From an uncultured bacterium (GTDB taxonomy: Bacteria; Chlamydiota; Chlamydiia; Chlamydiales; JAJFMA01): a stretch of 64,000 nt of DNA. The notes below the pieces were generated by a model, which worked only from the letters and a program-made list of their open reading frames with translations, did no database searches and was not told the DNA's origin. This document shows positions 36,728 to 47,644 of the stretch, one piece after another. The position numbers and the translations under genes were made by a program. The stretch covers positions 3,791 through 67,790 of the forward strand of contig CAYUJS010000005.1 in assembly GCA_964445105.1 (NCBI GenBank), in the 5' to 3' direction. Position 1 is the stretch's first letter. Each line of letters begins with the position of its first letter.

Positions 36728-37498
36728 TTAGGCTTCCCTGTCTGGAAAGCTAAAAAGGTCTTTGACGGCCTGAAGGGTTACGTCGCGCCCAATGGCGGCG
36801 ATGGCGTCTGTTAGGGGGATGTTTTTAGGGCAGACGCGTACGCAGTTTTGTGCGTTGCCGCAGTCGTGGACGCCACCCTCTTGCATGAGGGGATGAAGAC
36901 GCTCTGCAGCCTGCATGCGGCCGGTAGGGTGTGCATTAAACAAGCGCGCTTGAGCTATGATCTGCGGGCCGACGAATTTGCTGCGTGCATTCACCTGAGG
37001 GCACGCTTCCGCGCAGCACCCGCAGGTCATGCAGGTGCTGAGTATGTAGCGCACTTCTTGCGTTTGCTGGCTCATTTTAGGGCCGGGTCCGCGGTCGTAG
37101 GCCCCATCGACTTCAATCCACGCATGCACTTTCTTCAGATTCTCAAACATGTTACTGCGGTCGATGATGAGGTCACGCACGAGGGGGAATTTAGTCAGAG
37201 GGGCGATTGTGATGACATCGCTTGCCGTAGCGAGCAAAATCTGTTCAATGAGGGCTGTACAGGCTTGGCGCGGTTTGCCGTTGATGAGCATGGAGCAAGA
37301 GCCGCACACCTCTTCTAAACAGCCTTGCTCCCAGACGATGGGTTCTACCTTCTCGCCTTTATTGGTGAAGGGATTTTTCTGGATTTCCATCAGAGAGGAG
37401 ATAACGTTGGCGAAGGGGACGAGGTCGAAATCAAACTCTTGCCAATATTGGTGGCCTGGTGCTCCACGATAAATGCGCAGGGTATAGCTTTGCGCCAT
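36728..37498 (-). CDS. sdhB: Succinate dehydrogenase iron-sulfur subunit
   Basis: It has three Cys clusters: CGSCSMLINGKPRQAC, CMTCGCCAEACP and CGNAQNCVRVCP. Confidence 0.9.
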   Translation of the reverse strand: MAQSYTLRIYRGAPGHQYWQEFDFDLVPFANVISSLMEIQKNPFTNKGEKVEPIVWEQGCLEEVCGSCSMLINGKPRQACTALIEQILLATASDVITIAPLTKFPLVRDLIIDRSNMFENLKKVHAWIEVDGAYDRGPGPKMSQQTQEVRYILSTCMTCGCCAEACPQVNARSKFVGPQIIAQARLFNAHPTGRMQAAERLHPLMQEGGVHDCGNAQNCVRVCPKNIPLTDAIAAIGRDVTLQAVKDLFSFPDREA

Positions 37499-37506
37499 AG
37501 GCTCCT

Positions 37507-39396
37507 TCAGAAGGGCGGTTTAATGGTGGTGGGTACATTTTTGAGCGCGGGCTTCAGTTTTTTCGCTTCTAGATAGCTGCGTGGGGTAGGGTCTAGATAG
37601 GCTGTATCTACCGGTTTGTAAGTGAGCTCGGGCTCATCTTTGCTATAGCTAGCAATGGTTGTTTTTAGCCAGTTTTTATCATCGCGGTTGGGAAAATCAC
37701 GCTTAAAATGTGCCCCTCGAGATTCATCGCGCGCTAAAGCGCATTTGGTGATGACGATGGCCAGTTCAAGCATGTAGCGGAACTGATTAGCGAAGATGTA
37801 CGTTTGATTGGCAAAACGCGTGCGGTCGGCCAGGGAAATATGTTGATAGCGCTCGCGGTACCCTTTTAAAGCATCAAGAGTGTTTTTGAGGTCGTGATTA
37901 TTGCGTGCGACGGTGACATGTTTGACCATTAGTTTGGACATTTCGCCATACAGCGCGAAGACGTTTTCAGGGCCCTCGCGAGCCATCAGGTTATCGTGAA
38001 AGTCGGTTTCGATGGCGAGTTCGTGTTCAAAGATGGAAGCGGAGGTCTCTTCGTGGGTGTGGATAAGCGCTTGAAGGTAGCGTTCTATCTCTACGGCGGC
38101 AGTGAGACCGCCAAATATGCATGAGAGCAGAGAGTTAGCGCCAAGGCGGTTGGCCCCGTGAAATTCGTAATCCGATTCACCGGCGTTGAAACAACCCGGC
38201 AGGTTGGTCATTTGACGATAGCGATTAGAGCGATCAGGTGCGTCTACAGCTGGCCAGTCTACCCAGCTGCCGCCCATCGAATAGTGGACCGCCGGGAAGA
38301 TTTTCATCGGTAGTTTGCGAGGGTCTTCATTGGTAAATTTTTCGTAGATGTCTAGCACTGCTTCTACTTTTTTTTGCGCGGTGGCAGACAGGTGGGAGAC
38401 GTCCAGGTAGACCTGTTGAGAGCCATCGACGCCCAGGCCCAGTTCGCAGACGCGCAGAATCTCGCGCGCTCCCACGTCGCGTCCCACTAGGTTGCCATAG
38501 CCTGGATAGAGTTCTTCGAGGAAATACCAAGGCTTACCGGTTACGCCACAAGTGATGGTTTGCCCGTCGGTTGTGGTTAACGTTTTGCTGGAGTCTCCTG
38601 GTACCCAGATGCGCCCTCCTTCACCCCGCAGTGATTCGGACATAAGGCGTAGTTTATCAGCTCCTGGAATAGCAGTGGGGTGGATTTGGATAAATTCGGC
38701 ATTGGCATAATGCATACCCTGTGTATAAAGGCGCCCATTTGCTGAACCGGTACAAAATTTTGAATTGGTAGAAAGTTTGTAGATCATGCCAGGGCCGCCG
38801 GTAGCTATCAGTACGGCGTCGCCTTTCAGGATTTCAAGCTTAAGGTTGAAGAGGTTCATCGCTACGATGCCTTTGGTGTCGCCATGGCTATCGCGGATGA
38901 GGCGCATGAACTCCCAGTACTCATATTTTTGGACAAGCCCTTTAGCTTCGAAACGGCGTACTTGTTCATCAAGCGCATAGAGAAGTTGTTGGCCGGTAGA
39001 GGCCCCACAGAAGGCTGTGCGGTGGTAGAGCGTGCCGCCAAAGCGTCGAAAGTCTAAATTTCCCTCAGGGGTGCGGTTAAAGGGACAGCCGAAGCGATCT
39101 AGCATATTGATGATGGCGGGGCCTGCAAGGCACATTTCTAGCACGGGTGGCTGGTTGGCGAGGAAGTCGCCGCCTTTTAAAGTGTCGTAGGCGTGGATGT
39201 AGGGGGAATCATCCTCGCCCATCAGGTTCATGGCAGCGTTAATACCCCCTTGGGCACATACAGAGTGCGAGCGCTTCACCGCGCTGAGGCAGACTAATTT
39301 GACGTGGCAGCCTTTTTCGGCCAGCTTCATGGTGGCAGACAGGCCCGCTAAGCCTCCTCCGACGACGATAACTTGACGGGGTTTGCTGTCGGTCAT
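37507..39396 (-). CDS. sdhA: Succinate dehydrogenase flavoprotein subunit
   Basis: It has VIVVGGGLAGLSA (the FAD fold), RSHSVCAQGGINAA (the covalent-FAD His region) and HYSMGG. It is 629 aa long. Confidence 0.9.
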   Translation of the reverse strand: MTDSKPRQVIVVGGGLAGLSATMKLAEKGCHVKLVCLSAVKRSHSVCAQGGINAAMNLMGEDDSPYIHAYDTLKGGDFLANQPPVLEMCLAGPAIINMLDRFGCPFNRTPEGNLDFRRFGGTLYHRTAFCGASTGQQLLYALDEQVRRFEAKGLVQKYEYWEFMRLIRDSHGDTKGIVAMNLFNLKLEILKGDAVLIATGGPGMIYKLSTNSKFCTGSANGRLYTQGMHYANAEFIQIHPTAIPGADKLRLMSESLRGEGGRIWVPGDSSKTLTTTDGQTITCGVTGKPWYFLEELYPGYGNLVGRDVGAREILRVCELGLGVDGSQQVYLDVSHLSATAQKKVEAVLDIYEKFTNEDPRKLPMKIFPAVHYSMGGSWVDWPAVDAPDRSNRYRQMTNLPGCFNAGESDYEFHGANRLGANSLLSCIFGGLTAAVEIERYLQALIHTHEETSASIFEHELAIETDFHDNLMAREGPENVFALYGEMSKLMVKHVTVARNNHDLKNTLDALKGYRERYQHISLADRTRFANQTYIFANQFRYMLELAIVITKCALARDESRGAHFKRDFPNRDDKNWLKTTIASYSKDEPELTYKPVDTAYLDPTPRSYLEAKKLKPALKNVPTTIKPPF

Positions 39397-39397
39397 C

Positions 39398-40405
39398 TCA
39401 TAGCCTCAGATTTATCCAGTAGGTGCCAATGACAGAAGCTAGTCCCAGGAAAGCAGTTAGGATCATCAAAACAGTTGTGACGATAAGCCACAGCCATTGC
39501 GAACGGGCTGTAAGCGTTACTCCCCATTTGATCATAGCCGTCCAAAGCCCATTAAAGGCGTGAAAACAGGCTGCTAAGACAAAGATGGCATAGAGGGCCA
39601 CTAGCCAAGGTTTTTTGAACACATCGCGGATCATGAGCAGGGTGGCTGTGCCGAAGTCTTTCCCCACGGCAATCACTTCGCCATCTGCGACCGGTTTGCG
39701 GCTTAAGGCTGCGACCCAACGGGCGTGCTGGTAGCTCTCTTGCTGTTCTTGCAGCAGAGCGGCTTTTGATGGGTCGTATGTTTCTTCGGGAGGCCCAAAT
39801 AGTAGCTCCTTAGCAGAAAAATAGGTCTCAGGAACTTCTGTGTAAGCGTTTACAACTTTTGACTGAACTTTTGCGATACGAGAATGGTCATAGATATCGA
39901 CATCGAGTCGGTTGGCGAGGGTATAGAGCCCAGAATCAAAGCTGATGCGAGTCATGTAGTAGTTTTGGCCTCCTATCTCGGCTTCCCAAGGCGCCTCTAA
40001 AAATCGCATGTGCAGCACGTGCAAGAAAATCGCAAAAAGTAATAGCCATGAGGTGAGCCTCATCCAGGTGAATGCTTTGTTGCGCGCATATTTGCCTAAA
40101 GCGGGCTTAGATCCATCGGAAGGCCATGAATTGGCTTCTGAGGTAAGCAAATACCTCACTCCCCAGAATATGTGCGTGGCAAAGGGCACAGCTAAAAAGA
40201 GGGTTTCAATGATGGGTAAGTAGGGGAGATGGTGGATATCTTGTACAGCCGCAATAAAGCCCTCTCCGTCGGCTCCTACAAATAGAGCGGCCTGCGAGTT
40301 TGTTAATAGGTGCAGAATGAGAAAAAGTGCCATCCATATGCCCGTCAGCGAGTGTGTACGCCGCCAGACAAAGGAAGTAGGGAGCGCTTGGGCCTTGGGA
40401 GTCAT
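39398..40405 (-). CDS. sdhC: Succinate dehydrogenase membrane cytochrome b subunit (single large subunit type)
   Basis: The 335-aa ORF lies immediately upstream of sdhA (1-nt gap). It has about 5 hydrophobic helices with conserved-looking His residues (LILHLL, ATHIFWG, FLHVLHM, CFHAFNG). Confidence 0.7.
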   Translation of the reverse strand: MTPKAQALPTSFVWRRTHSLTGIWMALFLILHLLTNSQAALFVGADGEGFIAAVQDIHHLPYLPIIETLFLAVPFATHIFWGVRYLLTSEANSWPSDGSKPALGKYARNKAFTWMRLTSWLLLFAIFLHVLHMRFLEAPWEAEIGGQNYYMTRISFDSGLYTLANRLDVDIYDHSRIAKVQSKVVNAYTEVPETYFSAKELLFGPPEETYDPSKAALLQEQQESYQHARWVAALSRKPVADGEVIAVGKDFGTATLLMIRDVFKKPWLVALYAIFVLAACFHAFNGLWTAMIKWGVTLTARSQWLWLIVTTVLMILTAFLGLASVIGTYWINLRL

Positions 40406-41922
40406 AGAATTTGGAAGGCAGCGTTCAGCGCTTGGAGACTGCCTGAAAGGTCGGGCGCGATGCTGGATAGGTGCGTAGAGGCGTAAGAATCGGCTATATC
40501 AATGCTACATGTAGGCTCTTGAACCTCGAATTCTGGCTCCCAACCACCTCCGAGGGCGCGGTAGACGTCGATGATGGTAAGGAATACATTAGCTTGGGTT
40601 TCGACTAGGTTTAGTTGTGAACTAAAGAGGTTGCGTTCGGCATCGAGCACGGTGAGGTAGTCGGTTTGTCCGTTGTCGTACAGTAGTTTTGCTAGGCTTA
40701 GGTAGTTCTCCAAGGCCCTCACCTGATCGCTTTGTGCTTTTAGTAGAGACGTGGATAGTTGATGCGCGATTAGCGCATTATTGACCTCTTTGAAGGCTGT
40801 TTGGATGGTTTTTTGATAGGTGTAGATGAGTTCTTGCGTTACCCAATAGGCGCTGCGCGTTTGAAAATAAATTTGACCGCCTTGAAAGAGGGGGCCCAAA
40901 AGTGAGGAGGCTATATTCCAGTTGCGTGCAGCTGGTGTGAAGGTATTATCGAGGCCACTTCCCGAAAATCCCAGTATACTAGAGAGATTGAAAGAAGGGA
41001 AAAAAGCAGCCCTTGCGATCCCTAGCCTGGCATTTGCGGCGTAGAGGTTTTGTTCTGCTTGGAGAATATCTGGGCGTTGACAAAGAATTTCCGATGGCAG
41101 GTCGCAAGGTATTTCGGGTGCGCGCAAGCGGTCAATGGTTTTTCCACGGCAGATCTTTTCGGGATTGCGGCCAATCAGCACTGAAAGTTCGTTTTCTTTT
41201 TGTGGAATCAATACTTGCAGCTGTATTTTTTGTATACGCGCTGTTTCGAGGTCAGCCTCTGCTTGATTGACCGGCAATTCGGAGGTAAGGCCCTCTTTAA
41301 ATCGCAAAGCGGCCAGCTCTAGAGAGTAGATGCGCGATTTCAGGGTATCTTCAGCGATCACAAGCTGTTTATCTAGGGTCCGTAGCTCAACGTAGGCTCG
41401 GGCAACGGCACTGATCAGCGTAATGATGACTCCTCGTTGCATCTCTTCGCGGTTTAGCAGCTCATGTAGAGCTGCTTGTGTCGTGTTGCGGATTTGACCC
41501 CATAGGTCGACCTCGTAAGAGATGTTAGCTTGTGGTGCAAAGATGTCCAAGGTGCGCACAGCGCCAGGGCTCAGCGGCGTAGTGATTTGCGAGGACTCTT
41601 GTCTGAGTGCCGTAACGCTATATCCAAGAGAGGGCCAGAAGGGAGCCTGTGCGATACCAAGGCGCGCGTAGTATTCGTTGACAGTGGCAACGGCCAGAGC
41701 TAGGTCCCGGTTATTCGCGAGCGCCTCTTCGATCAGTTCATTGAGAACGTGGTCTTCAAATAGCTCCCACCAAGGCATATTGGCGATGATCTGGGGCTCG
41801 TCGCTTGCTACGCGCCATTCGCAAGGTGTAGGCCAGTCGGGGCGACAATTTTGAGGTGCAAAATTGCACGATGGAGCTAGCCCGACAAGAAGGCAAGTAG
41901 TCGCTATGAGGGCGGTTCGCAT
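40402..41922 (-). CDS. Outer-membrane efflux lipoprotein (NodT/OprM family)
   Basis: It has a lipobox-like N-terminus ([11 protein letters not shown]) and two repeated TolC-type halves. Its position is downstream of the RND pump gene. Confidence 0.8.
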   Translation of the reverse strand: MRTALIATTCLLVGLAPSCNFAPQNCRPDWPTPCEWRVASDEPQIIANMPWWELFEDHVLNELIEEALANNRDLALAVATVNEYYARLGIAQAPFWPSLGYSVTALRQESSQITTPLSPGAVRTLDIFAPQANISYEVDLWGQIRNTTQAALHELLNREEMQRGVIITLISAVARAYVELRTLDKQLVIAEDTLKSRIYSLELAALRFKEGLTSELPVNQAEADLETARIQKIQLQVLIPQKENELSVLIGRNPEKICRGKTIDRLRAPEIPCDLPSEILCQRPDILQAEQNLYAANARLGIARAAFFPSFNLSSILGFSGSGLDNTFTPAARNWNIASSLLGPLFQGGQIYFQTRSAYWVTQELIYTYQKTIQTAFKEVNNALIAHQLSTSLLKAQSDQVRALENYLSLAKLLYDNGQTDYLTVLDAERNLFSSQLNLVETQANVFLTIIDVYRALGGGWEPEFEVQEPTCSIDIADSYASTHLSSIAPDLSGSLQALNAAFQIL

Positions 41923-44900
41923 GTCTCTCCCTTGGCAGGTTTTTGTTTGGGTTCCACCAATTCTTGTAGAATGCGGTAGAAGAGGGGTACGAAGAAGATG
42001 GCTAGCAGCGTGGCAGCGGTCATGCCTCCTAGCACGCCTGTACCGACCGAGTGGCGACTAGCGGCGCCCGCCCCGGTGCTGGTGACCAGAGGGATAACAC
42101 CAAACACAAAGGTCAAGGAGGTCATCAGGATCGCTCGAAAGCGCATGTGACAAGATTCGAGAGCGGCGTCTACGATGGACAGGCCTTCTTTTCGCTTCAG
42201 TTCTGCAAACTCTACGATCAAGATAGCATTTTTGGCAGAGAGTGCAATGAGAGTAACGAGGCCGATTTGGAAGTACACATCATTACTCATGTCGAAGAAA
42301 TAAACGGCCAGCAGCGCCCCGAGAATGCCGAAGGGGATTGCGGAAATCACGGCGAAGGCAAGAGACCATTTTTCATAGAGCGCAGAGAGAATCAGAAAGA
42401 CGACCACGAGGCCGGCGACGACCACGAGGTTACCGGAACCCTCTGTTTGTTTTTCTTGGTAGGATTCTCCGCCCCAGGCGAAGCCAAAATCGATTGGCAG
42501 AATCTCTTTTGCAACCGCTTCCATAGCTTCCATCGCCTGTCCTGAGCTATACCCCGGTGACGCTTGGCCATTAATTTTAGAGGCTTGAAAAATGTTGAAG
42601 CGATTGAGCACATTGGCGCCCATGGAATAGCGCCAATTGATGAGAGATTTCAATGGAATCATTTCGTCTTTGTCGTTTTTTACGTACGCTTCTCCAAGGT
42701 CTTCTGGGCGCGCGCGCGCGGATGGCTCGGCTTGAATCATAACCTGAAAAACACGCCCATATTTATTGAAATCGTTGATGTAAAGTGAGCCTATTAAGCT
42801 CTGTAGGGTTTGGAAGACGGAACTAATTGGCACGCCAAGCATCCTGCTTTTATCGCGGTCGAGATCGACAAAAAGCTGCTGAGAGTAGACGTTAAGGCTA
42901 GTGCTCAGGTTTTGCAGCTCGGGCCGTTGTTTTGCTTTTTCGAGAAATAGTTGTGTTGTACTCGCCAAGGCGTCGGCGCCCCCTTGACCGCGGTTTTGCA
43001 GCCAGAATTCCATCCCACCTACTGTACCCAGGCCTTGAATAGCTGGGGGATTAAACGGCAAGATCCGCGCTTGCGGGATTTTGTGGAATTGCGAAGCTAA
43101 AGAGCCCAGGACAGTTTCGGCCCACATGGAGCGTTTTTTTCGCTCATTCCAGTCTTTGAGAATGACAAAGTAGCTGCCCATATTCGTTTGATTCAAGCTG
43201 TCGATGAGGGTGTAGCCGCTAAAAGCCACTATATGTTCGACAGCTGGGTGTTTTTTGGCGATATCGACGATTTGCTCCTTTACCTCTGTAGTGCGGCTGA
43301 GGCTAGCTCCGTCTGGCAGTACCCCCAAGGCCATGACATACCCTTGATCTTCGTTGGGCACGAAGCTGGTTGGCACCACCCGATAAAGCAGCACCATACA
43401 AGCGATAATGAGAACGAACAAACTCATACCGGTTTTGGGGCGATGAATCATCCAGCGTGCGCCCTTCATGTACTGGGCGGTCAATTTTTCAAAGCCACGG
43501 TTGAACCAGTTGAAGTATTTGCTTTCGCCCATTTGTGAGGGTTTTAAAAGCACAGCTGCAAGCGCTGGGCTGAGCGTCAAAGCGACGATGCCCGAGATGA
43601 CCACAGACACGCTGATCGTGATCGCAAACTGTTTGTAGAGTTGGCCTGCAATCCCTCCTAAGAAGGCGACAGGGATAAATACAGCGCATAAAACGAAGAC
43701 AATAGCAATCGCCGGGCCAGCTACCTCATCCATGGCTAAGCGTGTGGCGTCGCGCGGAGAGAGCTTTTTCTCGCGCATATTGCGCTCCACGTTTTCGATC
43801 ACTACGATGGCATCATCGACTACCGTGCCGATCGCCAATACCATGCCAAATAGCGTTAGTGTATTGATGGAGAAGCCCAGCATGTAAAGTCCAGCAAAGG
43901 TGCCGATGATCGATACCGGGATAGCCAACAGAGGGATTAGGGTAGCTCGCGGATTTTGTAAAAAGAAAAAGACCACCAAAACAACAAGAAATGCTGCCTC
44001 AAATACGGTACGGATTACTTCCTGAATAGAAACTTTGACGAATTCAGTTGTGTCATAGGGGATAGAGTAGACCATGCCGCTGGGAAAGCGCTTCGACAGT
44101 CGCTCAACAGTATTTTTTACCTCTTGTGCTACGTCTAGCGCATTGGCGCCAAATTGCTGATACACAGCGATCAACGAGGTAGAAACGCTGTCTAAACTAC
44201 CGTCTACAGTATAGTTTTGTGCGCCTAGTTCTATCCGGCCGACGTCCTTCACACGTACGTACGCGCCGTCGGGTAGAGCGCGGATAATGATATCGCCGAA
44301 CTCTTCGGCATCTACTAAGCGCCCTTGTGAGGTGACAGAAAAGGTGAGCTGGACAGGATTGTCCGTCGGCTCTTGGCCAAGTTGCCCTACTGCGTATTGC
44401 CGGTTCTGCTCATTGATAGCGTCAGCCACTTCAGAAGTAGTAATGCCAAGCTGCGCCATGCGATCAGGCTTGAGCCAAAGCCGCATGGCGTAATCGCGCG
44501 CGCCGATAATTTGCGCGTTACTGACACCCTTAAGACGCTTGATATCGTCTAGAATATTCAGACTCACATAGTTGCTAGTGTAGATTTCGTCATATCTACC
44601 ATCGGGCACCTGGACAGCTACGATTAGCAGTATACTTGGCGACTGCTGTGTGATCGAGACGCCCGTTTTTTGTACCTCTTTGGGCAGCTGAGGGAGAGCT
44701 AAATTGACTCTGTTCTGTGTGTTTACCTGCGCGCTTTCCGCATCGCTGCCAATCTCGAAAAAAACGTTTAAGGTGTAGTTTCCCTGTGCCGAACTGGTTG
44801 AGTACATGTAGATCATGTCTTGAACGCCGTTTACTTGTTGCTCGATGGGAGCTGCAACGGTCTCAGAGAGGGTGTTTGCATCAGCGCCAGGATAGGAGCA

Positions 44901-45041
44901 GGTGACTTGAATCTGCGGTGGGGTGATGTCCGGGTACTGCGCAATTGGCAGCGTAAGCATCGATGCAAACCCGGCCAGCACGATCAAAATAGAGATCACG
45001 CCAGCAAAGATCGGTCGGTCAATGAAGAAGCGCGAAATCAT
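41904..45041 (-). CDS. RND (HAE1, AcrB/MexB-like) efflux transporter
   Basis: The 1045-aa ORF starts [24 protein letters not shown], has 12 TMS and two large periplasmic loops, and has [15 protein letters not shown]. Confidence 0.9.
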   Translation of the reverse strand: MISRFFIDRPIFAGVISILIVLAGFASMLTLPIAQYPDITPPQIQVTCSYPGADANTLSETVAAPIEQQVNGVQDMIYMYSTSSAQGNYTLNVFFEIGSDAESAQVNTQNRVNLALPQLPKEVQKTGVSITQQSPSILLIVAVQVPDGRYDEIYTSNYVSLNILDDIKRLKGVSNAQIIGARDYAMRLWLKPDRMAQLGITTSEVADAINEQNRQYAVGQLGQEPTDNPVQLTFSVTSQGRLVDAEEFGDIIIRALPDGAYVRVKDVGRIELGAQNYTVDGSLDSVSTSLIAVYQQFGANALDVAQEVKNTVERLSKRFPSGMVYSIPYDTTEFVKVSIQEVIRTVFEAAFLVVLVVFFFLQNPRATLIPLLAIPVSIIGTFAGLYMLGFSINTLTLFGMVLAIGTVVDDAIVVIENVERNMREKKLSPRDATRLAMDEVAGPAIAIVFVLCAVFIPVAFLGGIAGQLYKQFAITISVSVVISGIVALTLSPALAAVLLKPSQMGESKYFNWFNRGFEKLTAQYMKGARWMIHRPKTGMSLFVLIIACMVLLYRVVPTSFVPNEDQGYVMALGVLPDGASLSRTTEVKEQIVDIAKKHPAVEHIVAFSGYTLIDSLNQTNMGSYFVILKDWNERKKRSMWAETVLGSLASQFHKIPQARILPFNPPAIQGLGTVGGMEFWLQNRGQGGADALASTTQLFLEKAKQRPELQNLSTSLNVYSQQLFVDLDRDKSRMLGVPISSVFQTLQSLIGSLYINDFNKYGRVFQVMIQAEPSARARPEDLGEAYVKNDKDEMIPLKSLINWRYSMGANVLNRFNIFQASKINGQASPGYSSGQAMEAMEAVAKEILPIDFGFAWGGESYQEKQTEGSGNLVVVAGLVVVFLILSALYEKWSLAFAVISAIPFGILGALLAVYFFDMSNDVYFQIGLVTLIALSAKNAILIVEFAELKRKEGLSIVDAALESCHMRFRAILMTSLTFVFGVIPLVTSTGAGAASRHSVGTGVLGGMTAATLLAIFFVPLFYRILQELVEPKQKPAKGETCEPPS

Positions 45042-46243
45042 GCAAGCCCATCGCTAGATAAGAGGATGAGCCAGCGGCTAGCAGGGCGTTTGGTCAGCTT
45101 TTTAGCCTCGTTTGTTTTTTGGAATGTGGGCAGCGGTTCTTCTTTGATTATCTTCACAGGTTGTCCGGGCTGAACTTTGGCCACACCGTTTGTAATGACC
45201 TTTTCACCTGCGATTAACCCGTCATAAATGAGCCAATAGCTCTCCAGCCATTCGCCTACATTGACGGGTCGCATTTCGGCCGTACCGTCTGCCTTCACAA
45301 TGTAGACAAATTTACCCTTTTGACCCTGCATGACGGCCGCTTGCGGTACGAATAATGCCCCCGGTCTTTCCGCTCCGTACACACTTACGCGTACAAACTG
45401 GCCCGGTTTTAGCGAACTGTTTGGATTGGAAAATTGCGCACGCACCTCCATGGTGCCCGTCTTAGGGTCTAGCCATGGCTGTGCAAAATTGACCTTGCCC
45501 AGCTGGGGAAAGGAGGAGCCATCGGCTAGCAGTAATTTCACGTCAAAGTTCATGTCTTTTGGATAGACGAGGAATTTTTTTTGTCTTTCGCTCTCGTTCT
45601 GTAGGATTTCGTTGTCCGAAACATTAAATATCACCCAGATAGGATCTAGGACAGCGACGTTTGTTAGTAACCCTTCAGGGCCCGGTGTAATCAACGCCCC
45701 TTCACGGAAGCGCGATCGACCTGACAGGCCTTTAATGGGGGAGGTAATCTTGGCATATCCCAAATTAAGCTCTGCCTCATCCAGCTGGGCTTTAGCTTGG
45801 ATGACAGCAGCCTTTTTGGCCATGACAGAGGATAAGGCATCGTCCAGGTCTTTACGGCTGGCGGCATTTTTTGCGTATAGGGGTTCCATCCTCTCTGCAT
45901 CGCGTTCTGCCTTCCAGAGTAGCGCTTTCTGCTCTTCCAGCATGCCTCTAGCGCGTTCAACGGAAGCCACGAATTGGGCGGGGTCTAACTGAAATAACAG
46001 GTCATCTTGGTTAACCAATTCGCCTTCAGTGTAGCCAATGGTGTTCAAGTAGCCCTCTACGCGCGCCCGAATCTCTACCAAATGAGAACTTTGCGTCTGC
46101 CCTATAAATTCAAAAACAGCGGGGACGGTCATTGGCGTGACCGGAAAGACAGACACTTCAACAGGCGGTAGTTCAGCTGGTTTAGGTTTTCCATGACAAC
46201 CAGTCAGAATGACGATAAGCGTAACAAGTAGCGTCCTAAGCAT
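45038..46243 (-). CDS. RND periplasmic adaptor (AcrA/MexA-like membrane fusion lipoprotein)
   Basis: It has a lipobox (LTGCHG), [11 protein letters not shown], a coiled-coil hairpin and [10 protein letters not shown]. It has a 4-nt overlap with the RND gene. Confidence 0.85.
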   Translation of the reverse strand: MLRTLLVTLIVILTGCHGKPKPAELPPVEVSVFPVTPMTVPAVFEFIGQTQSSHLVEIRARVEGYLNTIGYTEGELVNQDDLLFQLDPAQFVASVERARGMLEEQKALLWKAERDAERMEPLYAKNAASRKDLDDALSSVMAKKAAVIQAKAQLDEAELNLGYAKITSPIKGLSGRSRFREGALITPGPEGLLTNVAVLDPIWVIFNVSDNEILQNESERQKKFLVYPKDMNFDVKLLLADGSSFPQLGKVNFAQPWLDPKTGTMEVRAQFSNPNSSLKPGQFVRVSVYGAERPGALFVPQAAVMQGQKGKFVYIVKADGTAEMRPVNVGEWLESYWLIYDGLIAGEKVITNGVAKVQPGQPVKIIKEEPLPTFQKTNEAKKLTKRPASRWLILLSSDGLA

Positions 46244-46338
46244 AGTTTCCCTGCAGATCCGGTAAGAATCCCATACAACCGATCTTTTGATTAACAGGCA
46301 AGAAAAAATTTTATTTCTGCTTGAAACTCAGCGCTTGC

Positions 46339-46575
46339 TTAGTCTTTGAAAGATTTTATAGACCAATCCAGTACGTACTTTAGAGCCATCAATAACAGCC
46401 AAGTCGGCAGTGCGATCCAGAAGGCGCAAAGAAGGCGTTCAAACAAAGATACCTGTATGGTGAATATGGTGATGATCGCAACGAGGAGAGTGAACCCCAA
46501 TACAATCATGCTACCGAGAGAGATAGGCCGATTAAATATGTCCATGCCTATTGCGTATAGCTTCTCCAACGACAA
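46339..46575 (-). CDS. Hypothetical small two-TM protein
   Basis: The 78-aa ORF has two clear hydrophobic helices. I have no other support. Confidence 0.3.
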   Translation of the reverse strand: MSLEKLYAIGMDIFNRPISLGSMIVLGFTLLVAIITIFTIQVSLFERLLCAFWIALPTWLLLMALKYVLDWSIKSFKD

Positions 46576-47098
46576 TCGTCAATTAAAGTTTATGTTTTTT
46601 ACAGCATAGGAAATTAGGGTAGGTTTTTGATCGACCAGGATAAGTAGCTCGCTGCCGGCAAACCAAGCCTACTCTCAAGGCTTCCTCTTCAGGTGATCAG
46701 AGCCGCGCTAACCCCCTCTCGAGCGAAATTTGAGCCTGGGTTGGGGCCGCAGGCAAAGGTTCTGGTGGCTAGCACGCCAGGCTGACTATATTCCTGTCAT
46801 CGGTCTGGCGTTTTGAATTAACTAATAGATTTGGGCGGCGGTTTCCCCGAACATGATGATCTTCTCGCGATTTGTATTAAGGTTGACAACGAACTCCTGA
46901 CGGACTTGTGTAACGGACGGATCGTAGCAACGTATTAAGAGAGCGAGCTGCGCATGGGCGTAAGAATAAGGCTTGCCCTAGCTGTGCAATCTACCCAATA
47001 ATGGACCGAGCAAGTACTAAACCTTGCAGGGAAAGATAGTTCTAAAAAATTTAGCAAAACCATGGGGCGCGCCGGGCCCCCGACAAAGTAGAGTTCTC

Positions 47099-47644
47099 AT
47101 GTCGACGCAAATTCTCTACAGCAGTGTTCGGCCCAGTTTGAAGCAATCAAAGCTACATCTTGGGTTAATTTTGGGGCTGCTTGGAGTGGGACTTTTTCTT
47201 TACATGGGCATCTCCTTGGCCCCCGGTGAGCTGCAGTTTTGGGGTATTCCAGGGTTTTTCGTTTCCGGAGTGCTCGTTACGCTGGGGCTGAAGCCTTATC
47301 GAAGGCTAATGACGCTTGAAGGCTGTCCGCATCATCTTAGACTCGGCCCTGGGCATAGAATCGAGTTTGCGTACGCGAGTAGGCCATTCCTGGCCCTGGC
47401 TGCAAAAGACATCGCTGAGCTTAGCTACCGAGACGCGGCCGATAGCTATGGAATTGTGGTGCGAGTGCGTGACCTAAAGGCCGTTCAGAAGTTGAGTATT
47501 GAACTAGATCTGGAAGCCTATGTGGCAGTGACGCAGCGGCGATACGGGGGCGATCTATTTTTTCCCTTTTTTTCGCAACGCAGTTTTGACCTGCTTGTAA
47601 ATCATTTTAAAGCCCAGACTGTAAAATATCGTGCATCTTTATGA
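47099..47644 (+). CDS. Hypothetical membrane protein (2 TM plus a soluble C-terminal domain)
   Basis: The ATG at 47099 was chosen over the ORF-track TTG at 47024. Hydrophobic segments are LGLILGLLGVGLFLYMGI and GIPGFFVSGVLVTLGL. The 3' end overlaps the convergent kdsD by 38 nt. Confidence 0.45.
   Translation: MSTQILYSSVRPSLKQSKLHLGLILGLLGVGLFLYMGISLAPGELQFWGIPGFFVSGVLVTLGLKPYRRLMTLEGCPHHLRLGPGHRIEFAYASRPFLALAAKDIAELSYRDAADSYGIVVRVRDLKAVQKLSIELDLEAYVAVTQRRYGGDLFFPFFSQRSFDLLVNHFKAQTVKYRASL

Noticed and set aside
36848-37318. A 156-codon ORF antisense to sdhB. Similar long antisense or alternate-frame ORFs occur at 48007..48585 versus kdsD, 48623..49093 versus icd, 42051..42545 versus the RND pump, 10858..11196 versus the GT gene, and 14431..14823 versus greA.
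   Set aside because: Each lies wholly inside a gene with strong, motif-level family evidence on the other strand or frame. Their products are low-complexity and Arg/Ala/Ser-rich, as expected of shadow ORFs.
46576-47098. A 520-bp gap between the small membrane ORF and the next gene was screened for tRNA, ncRNA or pseudogene content.
   Set aside because: I could find no cloverleaf, T-loop (GTTCRANYC) or known ncRNA core motif, and translations in all frames are stop-ridden without recognisable homology. A covariance-model scan would be needed to exclude an sRNA.
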